64,000 nt of DNA, taken from contig JAPMXV010000005.1 of the NCBI GenBank assembly GCA_026936335.1, positions 1 to 64,000 on the forward strand, given 5' to 3'. The notes below the pieces were generated by a model. The model ran no database searches. It worked only from the letters and a program-made list of their open reading frames with translations, and was not told the origin of the DNA. A program made the position numbers and the translations under genes. Shown piece after piece: positions 11,012 through 23,206 of the stretch (the stretch's first letter is position 1; every line of letters begins with the position of its first letter). The stretch is from Mantamonas sphyraenae STR306 (lineage: Eukaryota > Protista > CRuMs).

Positions 11012-12244
11012 TTACTGTACTAACACTATTGCGTGCAACGATTCGCAGACCTTGGCGATGGCTGCGACAGCAAGGTCAATGTCCTCGAGGGTGGTTGTGC
11101 GGCCTGTGGAGATGCGCAGAGAGGTGACGGCGTGCTCTGTGGGGATGCCTGTGGCGAGGAGCACTCGGGAGACGGAGGTAGAACCGGCGTGGCAGGCTGA
11201 GCCGGTGGAGCAGATGAGGGAGGGTTCGAGGAGAGGCAGGAGTGCGTGTCCTGCAAGGGAGGGGTCCGGGTGGTCGTTCTGGTCGAGAAGGGAGATGTTT
11301 GCGGTGTTGGGTAGCCGATGGTCACGGTTGGAGTTGAGCGCAAAGCGGACGCCGGCCTGCGAGAGGCGCTCTTCGAGGTAGTCCCGTGTGGTTTGCATGG
11401 CGTCTGCATATTCAGAGAGGTTTTCAGTGACGAGCTGGCAGGCGTGGCCGAGGCCAGCACACATCGCGACGTTTTCCGTTCCGCTTCGGAGGCCGCGTTC
11501 TTGGCCGCCACCACGGAGCATGGGAGAGAGGGGAGGAGAGGAGGAGGAGGAGGAGGAGGAATCAAGGTCGCGCACGTAAAGGGCGCCGATACGCGGACCG
11601 TAGAACTTGTGGCCGACGACGGTGAGGTAGTCGACGCCGAGGTTGTCGACCTGGACCGGGATTTTGCCGATTGCTTGGGCGGCGTCGGTGTGAAGAAAGA
11701 TGCGATGGTCGGTGTGTTTGCGGAGGAGAGCAGATATGTCTTTGAGTGGGTGGATATTGCCGGTCTCGTTGTTTGCGAGCATGAGGGAAACAAGGGCGGT
11801 GGTTGGAGTGACTGCGTCGAGGACGGCTTGAGGATCGAGGAGGCCTGTGGTTTGGTCAACGTCGAGGAGGGTGAGGTCGATGCGGTCTGTGTCGGCAAGG
11901 TATTGGAGGGGATGGAGGACAGAGTCGTGTTCGACGGCGCAGGAGATGATGTGAGGGCGGTCTGGTGTGTCTGGAGAGTCGAGGATGGAATGGATGACCC
12001 AGTTGTTTGCTTCGGTGCCACCAGAGGTGAAGATGATGTCTGCCGCGGGGGCAGAGAGGAGGTCTGCGACCTGCTGGCGGGCCGTGTCGAGGGCAGCCTT
12101 GGCGGCCTTTCCCAGGACGTGGCCGCTGGACGGGTTGGCCCATGCTTCGAGGAGGGTAGAGTGGATGGTGGAAGCAACGTCTGGATCGATGGGTGTGGTG
12201 GCCTGAAAGTCCAAATACACTGGGGAGGAGGGTTTTTGGGACAT
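11012..12244 (-). CDS. SCLY: Selenocysteine lyase (NifS-like class V PLP enzyme)
   Basis: Motifs YLDFQATTP, IFTSGGTEANN, AVEHDS (Asp at the Sec-specificity position, rather than EHK as in NFS1), HTDAAQAIGK, VVGHKFYGPRIGALY, RSGTEN and STGSACH. Confidence 0.88.
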   Translation of the reverse strand: MSQKPSSPVYLDFQATTPIDPDVASTIHSTLLEAWANPSSGHVLGKAAKAALDTARQQVADLLSAPAADIIFTSGGTEANNWVIHSILDSPDTPDRPHIISCAVEHDSVLHPLQYLADTDRIDLTLLDVDQTTGLLDPQAVLDAVTPTTALVSLMLANNETGNIHPLKDISALLRKHTDHRIFLHTDAAQAIGKIPVQVDNLGVDYLTVVGHKFYGPRIGALYVRDLDSSSSSSSSPPLSPMLRGGGQERGLRSGTENVAMCAGLGHACQLVTENLSEYADAMQTTRDYLEERLSQAGVRFALNSNRDHRLPNTANISLLDQNDHPDPSLAGHALLPLLEPSLICSTGSACHAGSTSVSRVLLATGIPTEHAVTSLRISTGRTTTLEDIDLAVAAIAKVCESLHAIVLVQ

Positions 12245-12328
12245 GCTCGGCTTTGGTGTCGATTGGGTGGGTGGGTGAGGGGGCGGGGGGGGAGGGGCTC
12301 TGACGGTTGCATTGCATTTCATTGTGGG

Positions 12329-13432
12329 CTACCTGGGTGGATGAGTGGGATACAACGAGATCGAATGCTCGGTGAGGTCGTCGTAGCCGATGGGTGCGGC
12401 AGCGTAGTCTGTGGAGTCGAAGGAAGGGGGCGCTGAGGAGGGGGAAGCGGGGTAGGTGTGGTGGGTGGTGTTGGGGTTGATATAGACACTGGCAGGGTGT
12501 GGGGGTGAGGATGAGGATGATGGGGAGGTGGAAGAAGGGGAGGAAGGGTGGATGGTAGAGGAGGAGAAGGAGGAGGAGGAGGAGTGGGATAGGGAGTTGC
12601 TGGGCTGTACAGGGTGTGTGTCGATACGCCAGATGGGGCCCGAGGATTGGCGTTGGAGGGCTGGCTTGGTGGCGAGGACAATGGAGGCAGCGCTTGCCTG
12701 TTTGTGGAGCTGGGATTCGTAGCGGTCGGTGTCAAATGAATCGGAACCATGGTGAGGCGTACGGGTGCTATAGGCAGGTTCGTGCTCGGTGTGGGTGGCT
12801 GGAGTGGAGGTGGAGGCAGGTTGATGTTGACCATTGCCGCTGGTGCCGCGTGTTTCCATGCCCAGCTCGATGTCCAGGCCCAGGCGTGAGGCAAAGAGGC
12901 GTTCGAGTTGGGAGAGAGTCATGTTCCTTACGGCGAGGTAGGCCGGGATCTGCAACGCGGGGTTTGGGGGGATCGGCCGGAGGATTCCGAGAACGAGGGG
13001 TTAGAGAGGGAGGGAGGGGAAGGAGAGCAACAAGGAGGGGGCTGTGTGGGAGAAGGGGCGTGTGGGACGGCAAAGACGGTGAGAGGCGGTGGGAAAGGTG
13101 GGGTGTGTGTGAACAGAACGCACTCGAACTGCGAGAGTTATGACGCTGACAAAGACAAAGAGTACAAGGAGAGTGGCAAAGCCCGAGTAGAGGCAGTAGA
13201 TCCCGTCGATGAGAAGGGAAAGGGCTGATACGGTGATGCCGACGCGGAGGGCGTTCATGTACTGGGAGCGGGCAATGAGTGGGTGGGACGGACAGCAGTT
13301 TGTAAAGAAACGCATCGCGCAAAGGAGGCAGACTGCGTCGACCATGAGGGCAATGAAGCCGTACTGCACGTAGAGCATGTGCAGAACACAGGCAACAGCC
13401 TCGACGAGGATGTGGGTCGGAAAGATCCACAT
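12329..13432 (-). CDS. Uncharacterised multi-pass membrane protein with S/P-rich tail
   Basis: Hydrophobic exon 13432..13124 (about 4 TM segments) joined in frame via intron 13123..12950 (GTGCGT...TTGCAG) to ORF 12329..12949. Confidence 0.6.
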
Positions 13433-13491
13433 GGGGCACGAAGAGGCGGTCTTGGAGGCCGGTGCGCGCGGGGGTCCAGTCCAAAGCAGAG

Positions 13492-13818
13492 ATGGAGAGG
13501 CGGGAGTTGAACACACGGCAGATGCAGAGGATATTGAAGCGTGCTCGTGCGCGGAGGCGGATTCAGCGACTGCTGCAGGTGAGCGTGGTGAAGTACGGCG
13601 TTGTGGCGGAGAAGAAACGCAAGGGGGCGGCCCAGGTGGCACAGCAGCGGAAGAGGGACAAGCGGGGCAAGTTTGTGAACGAGGGGGAGGAGGGAGACGA
13701 TGGCGACGATGGCGAGGACGGGGACGATGGCGACGACGGCGAGCAGGGAAAGAGTGTTGGGCAGGCGTTGGCTGAACGGGGAGTTGTGGGGGTGGTGTTG
13801 GACATGCAGAGAGGTTGA
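13492..13818 (+). CDS. Small divergent NF-YA (CBF-B/HAP2)- or CCT-like protein
   Basis: LNTRQMQRILKRARARRRI...KY...AQQRKRDKRGKFV resembles the NF-YA core VNAKQY.RILKRR.AR...KY.HESRH.HA..R.RG.GGRF. Confidence 0.65.
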   Translation: MERRELNTRQMQRILKRARARRRIQRLLQVSVVKYGVVAEKKRKGAAQVAQQRKRDKRGKFVNEGEEGDDGDDGEDGDDGDDGEQGKSVGQALAERGVVGVVLDMQRG

Positions 13819-13888
13819 GGGGCAGGGCGGATGGGTGGGCGGAGGGAGGAGAGGGGAAGAGATCACGGTGCGGTTCATTGGCGTCTGC

Positions 13889-16299
13889 TCAGCGCTCGTG
13901 TTTGGCCTTGATATCGGTGTACACAAGGTACAGGGAGAAAAAGACGAGAACAAGGATGGTCGCACACCAGATGGAGCGCTCAAAGGTAAACACGCGTCGC
14001 AGCTTGTTGAGGATGGCGTCGGTGGCCGGGAACCAGCTGGGCGGACAGGGGACAAAGATGCTGGTAGAGAGGGCCCACTTTGCGACGTTCTGGTTATCCA
14101 GGCGGAAGCGGGCAAGGTGGTCTTCCTTCTCCGGAAGGGTCCACAGGAGGAGCCAGATAGAAAAGTAGCACGGGGCGGCCACAGAGAAAAAGTTGTAGTT
14201 GCCGACACCGACGACAAAGCCATTTGCACAGAGGCCAAACAGGGACCACATAAAGACAAAGTCGCCAAAGAGAGACGGGTGACGCGACCAGGAATAGAGG
14301 CCGTGCATAAACACGCCCGTGTTGGACTGCAGGAAGGAGATCTTTTGCGCGTCGGCAATGATGGTGAGGAAGAGGGCACCCGTGGCAAAGATGATGGCCA
14401 CAATGTCGCCAGCCATGATGGTAGGGTTGCTGGGCACCTGGTAGAGAGCAAGGATGGGCGTGGTCATGAGCCAAACCCCAAATGGTTCGGTGATGAAGGT
14501 GTGGAAGAAACGCACAATGGCCCAGGAGTCGGACGGGACGTCGACGTTGAAGAAGCGCAGGCCAAACACAGAGTGGTGGGATACGGGCCCCATGGAGCTG
14601 TGGCTGATGCTGGCGTAGGAGAGGCGGACACCCCACACAAAGGCGAGGAGGGCAACGGCCACGCGGCGCACAGTGACAAAGGGGCTTGTGAGGATGCCCA
14701 GGACGGCGACGGCAGCAAACAGGAGCGGACCGAAGATGCCCGAGTTGAAAAACACCCTTTGGGAAAGAACCTGCACGAAAAAGTTTGCGCCAAGGATGAT
14801 GGCCAGGGTGATGCCAAGGACCGAGGTGAGGCGTGCAGGGTGGTTCTTGGTGGTGAAGGGAGCCTCGACAGAGCGCAGCCACTCAATGTAGGTGTCGTCG
14901 GTGGGGTCAGGGGTGTGCTTGCCGTGGTACTGGACGCTGCGGTAGGGACTGCGCATGTTTGCTTTTGTCTGGGCGAGCGAGGTGCGGGGCCCCTGTCCGG
15001 TGTTTTTCAGCTGGGCGCCATTGCTGGAGTAGAGCGGCACCTTGGACTGGTTGTAGGACCAGAAGTAGAGGTTGGGCGCGGCCTGGTGTTTCGGGCTGAG
15101 GTTGACTTCGGCAATGTAGGTGGGGTCACGCTCGACAAAGGCAGTAATCTGCTGCATGGGCAGGTTTGCGTCGCCGTAAGGCTCGTCGATGAGAGCTGAG
15201 GTCTGGTACTCCTCGGTGGCGACGTCGTAGGCGTCGCGGAGGTGAGTGATGATCTCGGTGGCGCGCTGGGCGTTGGACTTGCCGCCGAGATAATCCTTGG
15301 CGCCGTTGGAGTAGTACGGGTCAAGGAGGGCAATGCGCTTCGGGGCGAGATCAGCGCGGAGCGTGCCGTTGGCCACGGCCTGGTGAAGGAGGTGTCCTCC
15401 GTTGCAAACGACCTGGTTGCCCAGAGAGTGGCCGGCAATGCGGAACTCGTCCAAGGTGACAGAGTGGTTGCTCAGAGCAGCACGGACACTCTGCACAAAG
15501 AGCTCGCCGACCGAGACGGTGGGCTCGTGGGTTTCGTTGAAGCCGCCAGACTTTGTGCGCCAGCGCATTTTCTTGGGGCCCTGTGTGGACCAGATCTTGG
15601 CCTCTGCATCTGTAACCTCTGGCTCGTCAGCCAGCTGGGTCCAGTAGAAGAGGCTGGGCAGGAGGGTGGGTGAGCCGACGGGCCATGGGAAAAGGGGTCG
15701 CGGTGGGAGGGCATGAGACGTACCCGACTTGCCAGCCGTCCGCGAGCCAACCCTTGATGGTGACGGTGTCTACGCCTGTGAGCGGGTCGTTTGCAGCGTA
15801 GTTGAATGATTCGAGATTGCGCAGTCGGTATTTGCCGGGCTGCCAGCCTGTGGGGCGGGACGGTGGGAAATGGAAGCAAAAATGTCAGCGCGTGGAAGCG
15901 TGTGCGGGAGGAGCCGTGGGGCAACGGACCGTGACTGTAGACGATGACACGGGTGGCGTCGGGGCGGTAGTAGCGGTTGGGACGGACGGTGGACTTGATG
16001 CCGTCGTTGTCAGCGCCGTACCACCAGATGCCGTACTCGAGCGTGTCGTTGGGGTAGGCGACGTTTGCGTGGATGGTATGGTGGCCCTCGACATCGGCAA
16101 TGAGCATGCCGGCCAGTGTGGTGAAAAGGGCGGCAAGCAGAAGCGCGATGGTGAGGATCCAGAGGCAGTAGCGGCGGCGGAGACTTGAACGACCGCAGCA
16201 GCAGACGACCTTTTGTCGCATCCAGGTGTCATAGAGGATGAACCCGTATGCGCCAGACTCCTCGTCCATGTGTTCGCTGTACGGGGATGGAGAGGACAT
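13889..16299 (-). CDS. Membrane-anchored alpha/beta-hydrolase fused to a DUF1295 (steroid 5-alpha-reductase-like) membrane domain
   Basis: N-terminal TM; YSHGWQPG formed across intron 1; LFYWTQLADE; nucleophile elbow GHSLG; LLDP. The same ORF continues into WGVRLS, IADAQK, GLYSWSRHPSLFG. Two GT-AG introns (~15929..15848 and ~15723..15653). Confidence 0.75.
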
Positions 16300-16489
16300 G
16301 GTGATGGTGGGTGCGTGTTGCTGGCGCCGGGGCAGCTGCTGAGAATGGGGAAAGAGAGGGAGGTGGTTGGCGCAGGGTGGTGCAAATGGAGGAGTATGTG
16401 GAGGGTGGAGGTTGAGAAGGGAGGGTGACGTCGCCAGATGAGGGGGTGATGGACAGGAGGGGGTTGAACGAACGAGATCAGTTTCGATG

Positions 16490-17059
16490 TCAGGGAAAGG
16501 GTGCGAGCCAGTGCCCGACACAGAACCTCGTGCGTTCATTGCCTTGGTTTGGGTCCGCACCCAGCTCCAAGAGCGTGAGCACTTCGGAGACGTGCATGCC
16601 AATTGCGGCGTGTGTGAGAAACGAAGTGCCGTCGTGGTCAACGCGGTGGATGTCGGCACCGCCTTCAGTCACAAGCACACGAATGACGTCAGAGTTTTCT
16701 CCGTCTGAGGACAGCACAACCTCATGCAGAGCCACCGTGGCGTCCGCGGCGCCGGCTTTGAGCAGGGCTGATGTGGCTGCCGCTTCGCCACACACGGCTG
16801 CGGAGCACAGAGGAGTCCACAACACGCTACGTGGCTCGTCAACACCGTCAACACGTCTATTCCTGCCCTCGAGACTGGCACCGGCGTCAAGCAACGCTTG
16901 CATGACGTGCACGTGGCCTTGCTGCGCGGCCAAGTCGAGCGCGTTCTCGTGGCCGCTGAGGCGCCCGTCAATGTCCACTCCCTGCTCCAGTAGCTGCAGC
17001 ACGGTGTCCAAGTCGCCGCTCTCTGCTGCAAAGATGAACTGCATTTGTGGCGTGGACAT
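16490..17059 (-). CDS. Ankyrin repeat protein
   Basis: AAESGDLDTVLQLLEQGVDID, ENALDLAAQQGHVHVMQALLDAGA, WTPLCSAA. The 3' end is uncertain. Confidence 0.8.
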   Translation of the reverse strand: MSTPQMQFIFAAESGDLDTVLQLLEQGVDIDGRLSGHENALDLAAQQGHVHVMQALLDAGASLEGRNRRVDGVDEPRSVLWTPLCSAAVCGEAAATSALLKAGAADATVALHEVVLSSDGENSDVIRVLVTEGGADIHRVDHDGTSFLTHAAIGMHVSEVLTLLELGADPNQGNERTRFCVGHWLAPFP

Positions 17060-17262
17060 TGGGCTTTGGTTGGCGCAGGGTGGACTTGCGCGGGACGCAA
17101 GGTGCATCCAAGGCAACCATGTGGGTGTTGAATGTCTTTGCGTTCATTGCAGGGTTGCCCAAGGGGATGGGCTTCCTTGGTGGACTGACAACCATGTTTC
17201 AATTCAGCTGTTCAGCGTTCTGCGGATTCCTGGGCAAAGAAAGAAAAGCAGAACAAACGTCG

Positions 17263-19236
17263 ATGACAGGACATTGGAAGCTCGTGGTTGTGTGTCTGTG
17301 TGTGGCCCTCGTCGGTAGCGAGACACTGGAGGAGATTGTCGCCAAGCGTGAGGGGATTGTCACGTCTCTCAGAGACAAGGCAGAGTCGCTGCACCAAACG
17401 CGCTGTACCCGAGATTGTTCGTGCCTCGGGTACGACATGTGTCGAGGTGGGCTTCCGACCACATGCGTGACCGACTTTGGCATGGGATACGGTTGCGATT
17501 GCACGTAAGTGGCCAAGAGAGGGTTTTTGACGCAGTGGTGAGGAGCAAGCGAGGCAAGCCGCCCTGCCATGTCGTTCTGTCGTTCTCCCAGGATGGATCG
17601 AGGTCCAGGAGGGGCGAGAGGGCAAAAATGGACTCGCTTTAGCGCACGGCTGACACAGCTGCTCGCTCTCTCGTTGTGGACGCCATCACTGGCGCCTGAA
17701 AAAAAAAAACGTCACCTCGGACGCACTCCCGACGCCACAGTGGGCGCCCGATCACTCTGAACACTTCGGCGATCTACATCCCAGCTGAAATCAAACGCAC
17801 CCAGCAAGTTGTCAAAGAGGCTGCCTGCTTCACGCAGGGGCTGGACGAGACGTTCAAGACCAAGTTCCAGGCAGTGCCAAACACCAAGTGGACCTACTTT
17901 GGGTCGCCCTCTGGAGTGTTCCGCAAGTACCCTGGAAATGTGTGGCCGCACTCGGGTGCGACATGCAGTGCGTACGATCCGCGCACGCGGCCGTGGTACA
18001 TTGCAGCATCGTCGGGGCCCAAAGACGTGATTTTGATTGTGGATGTCTCTGGATCAATGGCACAGAACGAAAGGTTGACCATTGCCAAACAAGCGGCCGT
18101 TTCTGTGTTGAATGGGCTGACCAACAACGACTTTGTGACTGTCATTAAGTTTTCGGATGCGGCAACTGCCGCCTCGTCGCAGTTGAAACAAGCCACAAAC
18201 GTCACACGTGCAGAAATGCAAAAGTTTGTGACCGACCTGTCTGCAGGTGGTGGAACAAACTTTGAGGAGGCGTTCAAGAAGGCGTTTGACGTGATTGACG
18301 CGAGCCGGACGTCCGAATCGACCTCGAACTGCAAGAGTGAGTGCACAACAGCCGCTTGCACTGGGCACTGGGGTATACACTGACACAAAAGAGCTCCCAG
18401 CCGCCATTCTGTTCCTCACAGACGGCAACTCGCCAAACGGAGCGGCGGCGATCAGCCTGATCAACACACGCAACACAGCCTCCATTGACGCACGCATCTT
18501 CACGTACTCTCTTGGGTCAGGAGCAACAAGTTCTGATCCAAAGTCCATTGCATGCCAGAACAAAGGCATTCACGTGGCCATTGGCGACGGAGGAGACCTG
18601 CGCAGCAAGATGCAGGCGTACTACGAGTACTTTGCTGCTGGGATTGAGGGAAACCAGACGGTGTGGACGGAAGAGTACACAGACGCAAGTGGCCTTGGCC
18701 AGATGGTCACAGCAGCGGTCCCTGCGTACGATCGGAGCAGGAGTCCTCCCGTGTTGATCGGTGTGGCTGGAACAGACGTGCTCATGAGCCAGTTCACCAC
18801 GGGTGCGACTGAGGCACTGCGATTCTTGCAGCAACGATCCAGTGTGTGTCCTCTGCTCAACCTCACCGCATGTGAGATTGAATCGCTGCGCAGCGACAGC
18901 GACAAGTGTGGCCTCTCATGTTCTTCGAGCATCAACCTCGCAGACAACCCGTGCGCATCTGGCACCATCTCGTCCAAGATCAGCTCTGACACCTGCAACC
19001 AAAGTGGCTCTGAGCTGGGTGACCCTCAGTGCTGCTGCGTCCCGGGTTGGGCCTGGGCGCTCATTGCCATTGGTGGCGCAGCCATCATTGCAGGCGTCGC
19101 GTACTTTATGTGGCGTCGCAAGAAGAAGATGGACAAGGATGTGGAGGCGACCCTCAACCGCATGAACGTCAGACCGACATCGGCTTCCAAGACCGCCTCA
19201 GCTCCGATTAGTGGTGACGCGCCGCCGAAGTACTAA
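17263..19236 (+). CDS. alpha2delta/CACHD1-like VWA-Cache type I membrane protein
   Basis: Signal peptide; WTYFGSPSGVFRKYPG; YDPRTRPWY...SGPKDVILIVDVSGSM (MIDAS); FLTDG; WTEEYTDASGLG...IGVAGTD (Cache); TM; C-terminal PPKY. Introns 17505..17740 and ~18337..18400. Confidence 0.85.
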
Positions 19237-19401
19237 AATTGAGCACAACTCACCTTTCGCGTTTGCATGGCCAATCGCACCAGGATTCTCAAGGACATCA
19301 ACCAAACCCGATCACCATGGCTCCCTCATGGCCCAAGACGGATCTATGTGTGGTGGACTGGGCTCCTTCAGCACTCATTTCTGCACCTGCCCCCCCTCCC
19401 C

Positions 19402-22400
19402 TCACCGCAGCAAATCTTCCTCCAAATACACCTCAATCTCTCCACTCTCCAACTTGCGGTTGCCTTCCTCAATCGCCTGTGCCACCTCGGCAAACCCATC
19501 GAAATCCTCCACGCTGATTTCCACCCCGGCAAACAACTCCCAGATGAACCGCCGTACGCTCAGCCGGAACCGGTAGTAGCTCATCATCTGCAACACTTGG
19601 AAATACATCGCTGGGTCCTGAAACGGCTCCGAGTTCTTGTTCCGCATCTTCTTCAGCGACCGGCACGCTCCGTCCGCTGCGATGTGGTTGCTCAAGTCGC
19701 CCACGTGTTTCAGAATCATCCGAGACTCGTCGTCCGTCTCGTACACCGTAAACGCTCGCGGTGCGCTGTTCGGCCAGCTTGTGTATGACACGCCGCCCAC
19801 ACTCAGGATCCCGCTCACGTCGTCCGGCATGGCAATCGTTGCCAGATAATCCGTCGGCGCAAACCATCCCAGCTTCTCCAGGTCCTCTCGCCCCGTCTCG
19901 TGCCGCGTGATCAGCCCCAATACAGAGTAGCATGTGCCACGCAGCGTGAGATCCTCGCTTTCCTGGGCCATCGTCGTCACCTGTTCCAGCAGATCGCTCT
20001 CCTTCCAAAACCCGTACCCCAGTTCGCACGAGCCCACCTGCCCCAGCATCCACAGCGCCGCACGACGTACGATTGCCTTTTCCTTCTCGTTCATCGCCTG
20101 CTCAATCGCCTCCACGAACCCGCCGCTCTCCTGCAGCATCGCGCACCCTTGCTCCGTTTTTACAAGTTCTCCGAAAAAGTGTGGACGCAGCGGCACGCTG
20201 TCCTGCGGCGGCACATAGTGCGTCGTCATAAAGTCCATCGAGTCTGCCATCGCTCGCTCCAGCTGCCGCACATACAGCACGTTCGACGACTGCTTCCACA
20301 CCTGCATTTCCGGCTCCACCACGTCCAGCGTGGTCAGAAACTCAAACCCCTGCTTACGCGACAGGAACCGCAGCAGCAGATTCTTTCCCGCATCACCCAG
20401 CTGCAGGATCGCTGGCTTCTTTGCAATCAGCGAGTCCAAGCACTCTGTCAGGTCGCACGCCTCGTCCAGCACGTCCAGCGCCATCTGCGCAACCTGCGGA
20501 TCCGGATCGTACAGCTGCACCGTCAACAGATCGATGCCCCAGCTCTCAAAGTCGTTCACGCTTGCGCGCAGCAGGTTCTGCAGGTGCTGTGTTGCAAACA
20601 GCCGCACCTCCCGCGACCCAGACGTCATGCACTTGCCCAGGATGATCCGTGCGTGGCCCGCCATGTTGTAGTCCAGCGTCGACAGCATCAGGCAGATCAG
20701 GTCCGCCCGGCTTTCCAACGTGCACACCTCGTACATCAGCGAAAACAGCCGCGCGTCGTCCAGTAGGCTCACCCCGTTCTCCGTCGACGACAACACCCCA
20801 ATGAACGACATGTACTCGCGCCCCATCGTCGAACGCAGGTGCTGCACCGTCAGCGACGGCATCAGTCCTTTTGTGGTTGCCTTCTGCCCCAGCTCCAGAC
20901 GCAGCAGGTCTGCAAGCTGCGGAATCAGCTCGTTCTGCTTCAGGTACACCACCCCCTCCTCGTAGTTGGTCAGAATGTTCAGCATCTGCACTGCAATCCG
21001 AAGGAAAAAGTAGTTTTCCTCGCTCAGCTTCCGCTGCACAAAGAACCCGTTCACAGGCCGAAAGTACGACAGCAACCGCTTGAAAAACTTGGTCTTGTGC
21101 AGGCAGTACAGGAAGCGCTCCTTGTTCGACAGCGCACCCTCCATCATCTCCGAGATGCGCGACCAGTTCCACTTGTCGTGGTCCTTTGCCTCCAGAATCA
21201 CGCACTCCGCAAGCTGGTCCTTGAACTGCGTGTCGTCCATCTGCGCGTCAATCGCAATCTTCAGCTTGTCGATCCGCTCCATCGATCGATCCGCCTCGTT
21301 CATCAGCATGCTTGCATGGAACGTGCGCGTCTCCGTCTTCACGTTGCGCGACCGCTGGTGCAGCGTCGCCAGAATGTTGCTTGCCGTGGACCGTGCCAGC
21401 GCGTCCAGTTGAAAGTCTGCCGCAAGCGCCACCAGCGACGGCAGCGTCTGCAGCCGAGCGCAGATCATAGGAGGCAGCACCGTGTTTGCCAGGTTCAGCA
21501 GATCCGAAAGCAGCGTCGTGCATCGCTTCGCCTCTTCGTAGTCCTCCTGCTGTTTTCCCAGATCCACAAGCACCTCAATCAGATTCGCGCGCTCAAACGC
21601 CATCAGTAGCAGCGCCAGGTAGTTTTGCTTCAGGTCGTGCCCTCGCTTTACACGCGGCGGCAAGATCGACTCGCCGCTCGGAATCCCGCTGCTACCGTTC
21701 TTTGACGCAGACGACAGGCCCACGCCTCTGTACGAGCCCAAGTTCACACTCCCAGCCTTGGTTCTCTTTTTCGCCTTTGGCGCACGTCGTCGAGTCCGCT
21801 TCGACACGCCGCACACCTCTTCGATCCCGCTCAGGATTGCCTTGCGGATCTCCGGCACCGGCAGCGTCAGCCCTTCCACGATCCCGCGCAGGCCCACCGA
21901 GTCGTCCGACGACAACGCAATCACACCTGTCCACGACTTCATCATCACCACAAACGCTTTTTGTGCACATTTGATCTTCAGGTTCCGCGCTGCGTCGGGC
22001 CTCGCGCTGTAGTCTGTCAGCGGGCCAAGGATGATCTGTAGTTCCGATTGAGGCCGCAGGTACACACGCGTCTCGGCGTCGTTCAGCAGGTACAGCAGAG
22101 TCAACACAATTGCCTCGTGCAGGTCTTCCACGTTTGCGTCAAGTGCCGCGTTGCACAGCGTACGAAACCCGCCCGTCAGCGAGCACAGCTTTGGATTCCT
22201 CACCGCTGCGATGTGTGCCCATGTGTTCCGCCCACAGCCACACATCGTCGATCCGTCCCGACATCACCGCATCCGCCCTCTCTGTGTCAGCATCCGCAAA
22301 ACCATTCCTGCCCGAGAGGGGAAAATGAACTCCTTTTCCTCGCAAACCCTCCTCCGGCTGCCACTCATCCCATTCCTTGATCACATGCACCCACCCTCTG

Positions 22401-23148
22401 CCCCCCTCACAAACCCCCACCACCCGCTCCCACCTACCAATCTCGCACAGCGCCTCCAGGCTCGCCACACGGAACGGTTCGTCGTTGCTTTCAGCCAACG
22501 CGATCAGCGACTTGACAATCGCAAACGGCACCAAATCAGGGTGCTCGTCAATGATCTTTCGCGCCAACTTCATCGCCTGCAGCCGCTCCAGCTCGTACGG
22601 TTCGTTCTCTCGTTCCAGCATCCTGCAGTGTCCACACAACGGGCCCCCGCAGCACGTGGCCGTTCACCCTCGTCAGCGACCATCCCCTCTCTTTTTGCTC
22701 CAAAACCTCACTATCCCTCGCCCTCCCACCTCCAAGCCCCGACCACCTACCGGCAAATCAAAAAGTGCACATAGTTGTCCACCATTGCCTGCACAAACAG
22801 CCGGCACTTGCTGTAGTACCGCAGCGTGCGTGCCGCCGCCGCCCGCAGCGACCGATTTCCGTGTTGCGCGTAAAATCGCAGCCTGCACACACACACCGCC
22901 AAATCACATGTCAGCAACACGCCCTTGCCTCTTCATCTTCCCCTGCCCGTCCCTCCTCTCCCCTTCCCAACATACATCACCACCATTTCCTCAGCGCTCA
23001 CCAGCTCCTCCACCTTGACCTTCCTCGCCAAGCTGATCAGCTCCAGCATCGCGTCCAGCTGCTCCTGCAGGCTGCCCGAGTGTTCTCGCAGCACATCCAG
23101 CGCACTTGCAAACATCTGGTCTGCATCTCCCTTCGAAGACGACGACAT
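19402..23148 (-). CDS. RICTOR: Rapamycin-insensitive companion of TOR (TORC2 subunit)
   Basis: [97 protein letters not shown]. Three 5' GT-AG introns. Confidence 0.93.
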
Positions 23149-23206
23149 GGTCCGCTTGCTCGACCCGGCGCGCTCTCCCGCCCATCCCAACCACTCACCG
23201 CCCACC

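Noticed and set aside
22208-22435. Possible C/D snoRNA in the third RICTOR intron (GGATGA...CTGA)
   Set aside because: The C box is imperfect, the CTGA is better explained as the branch point GCTGAC, and no terminal stem was seen.
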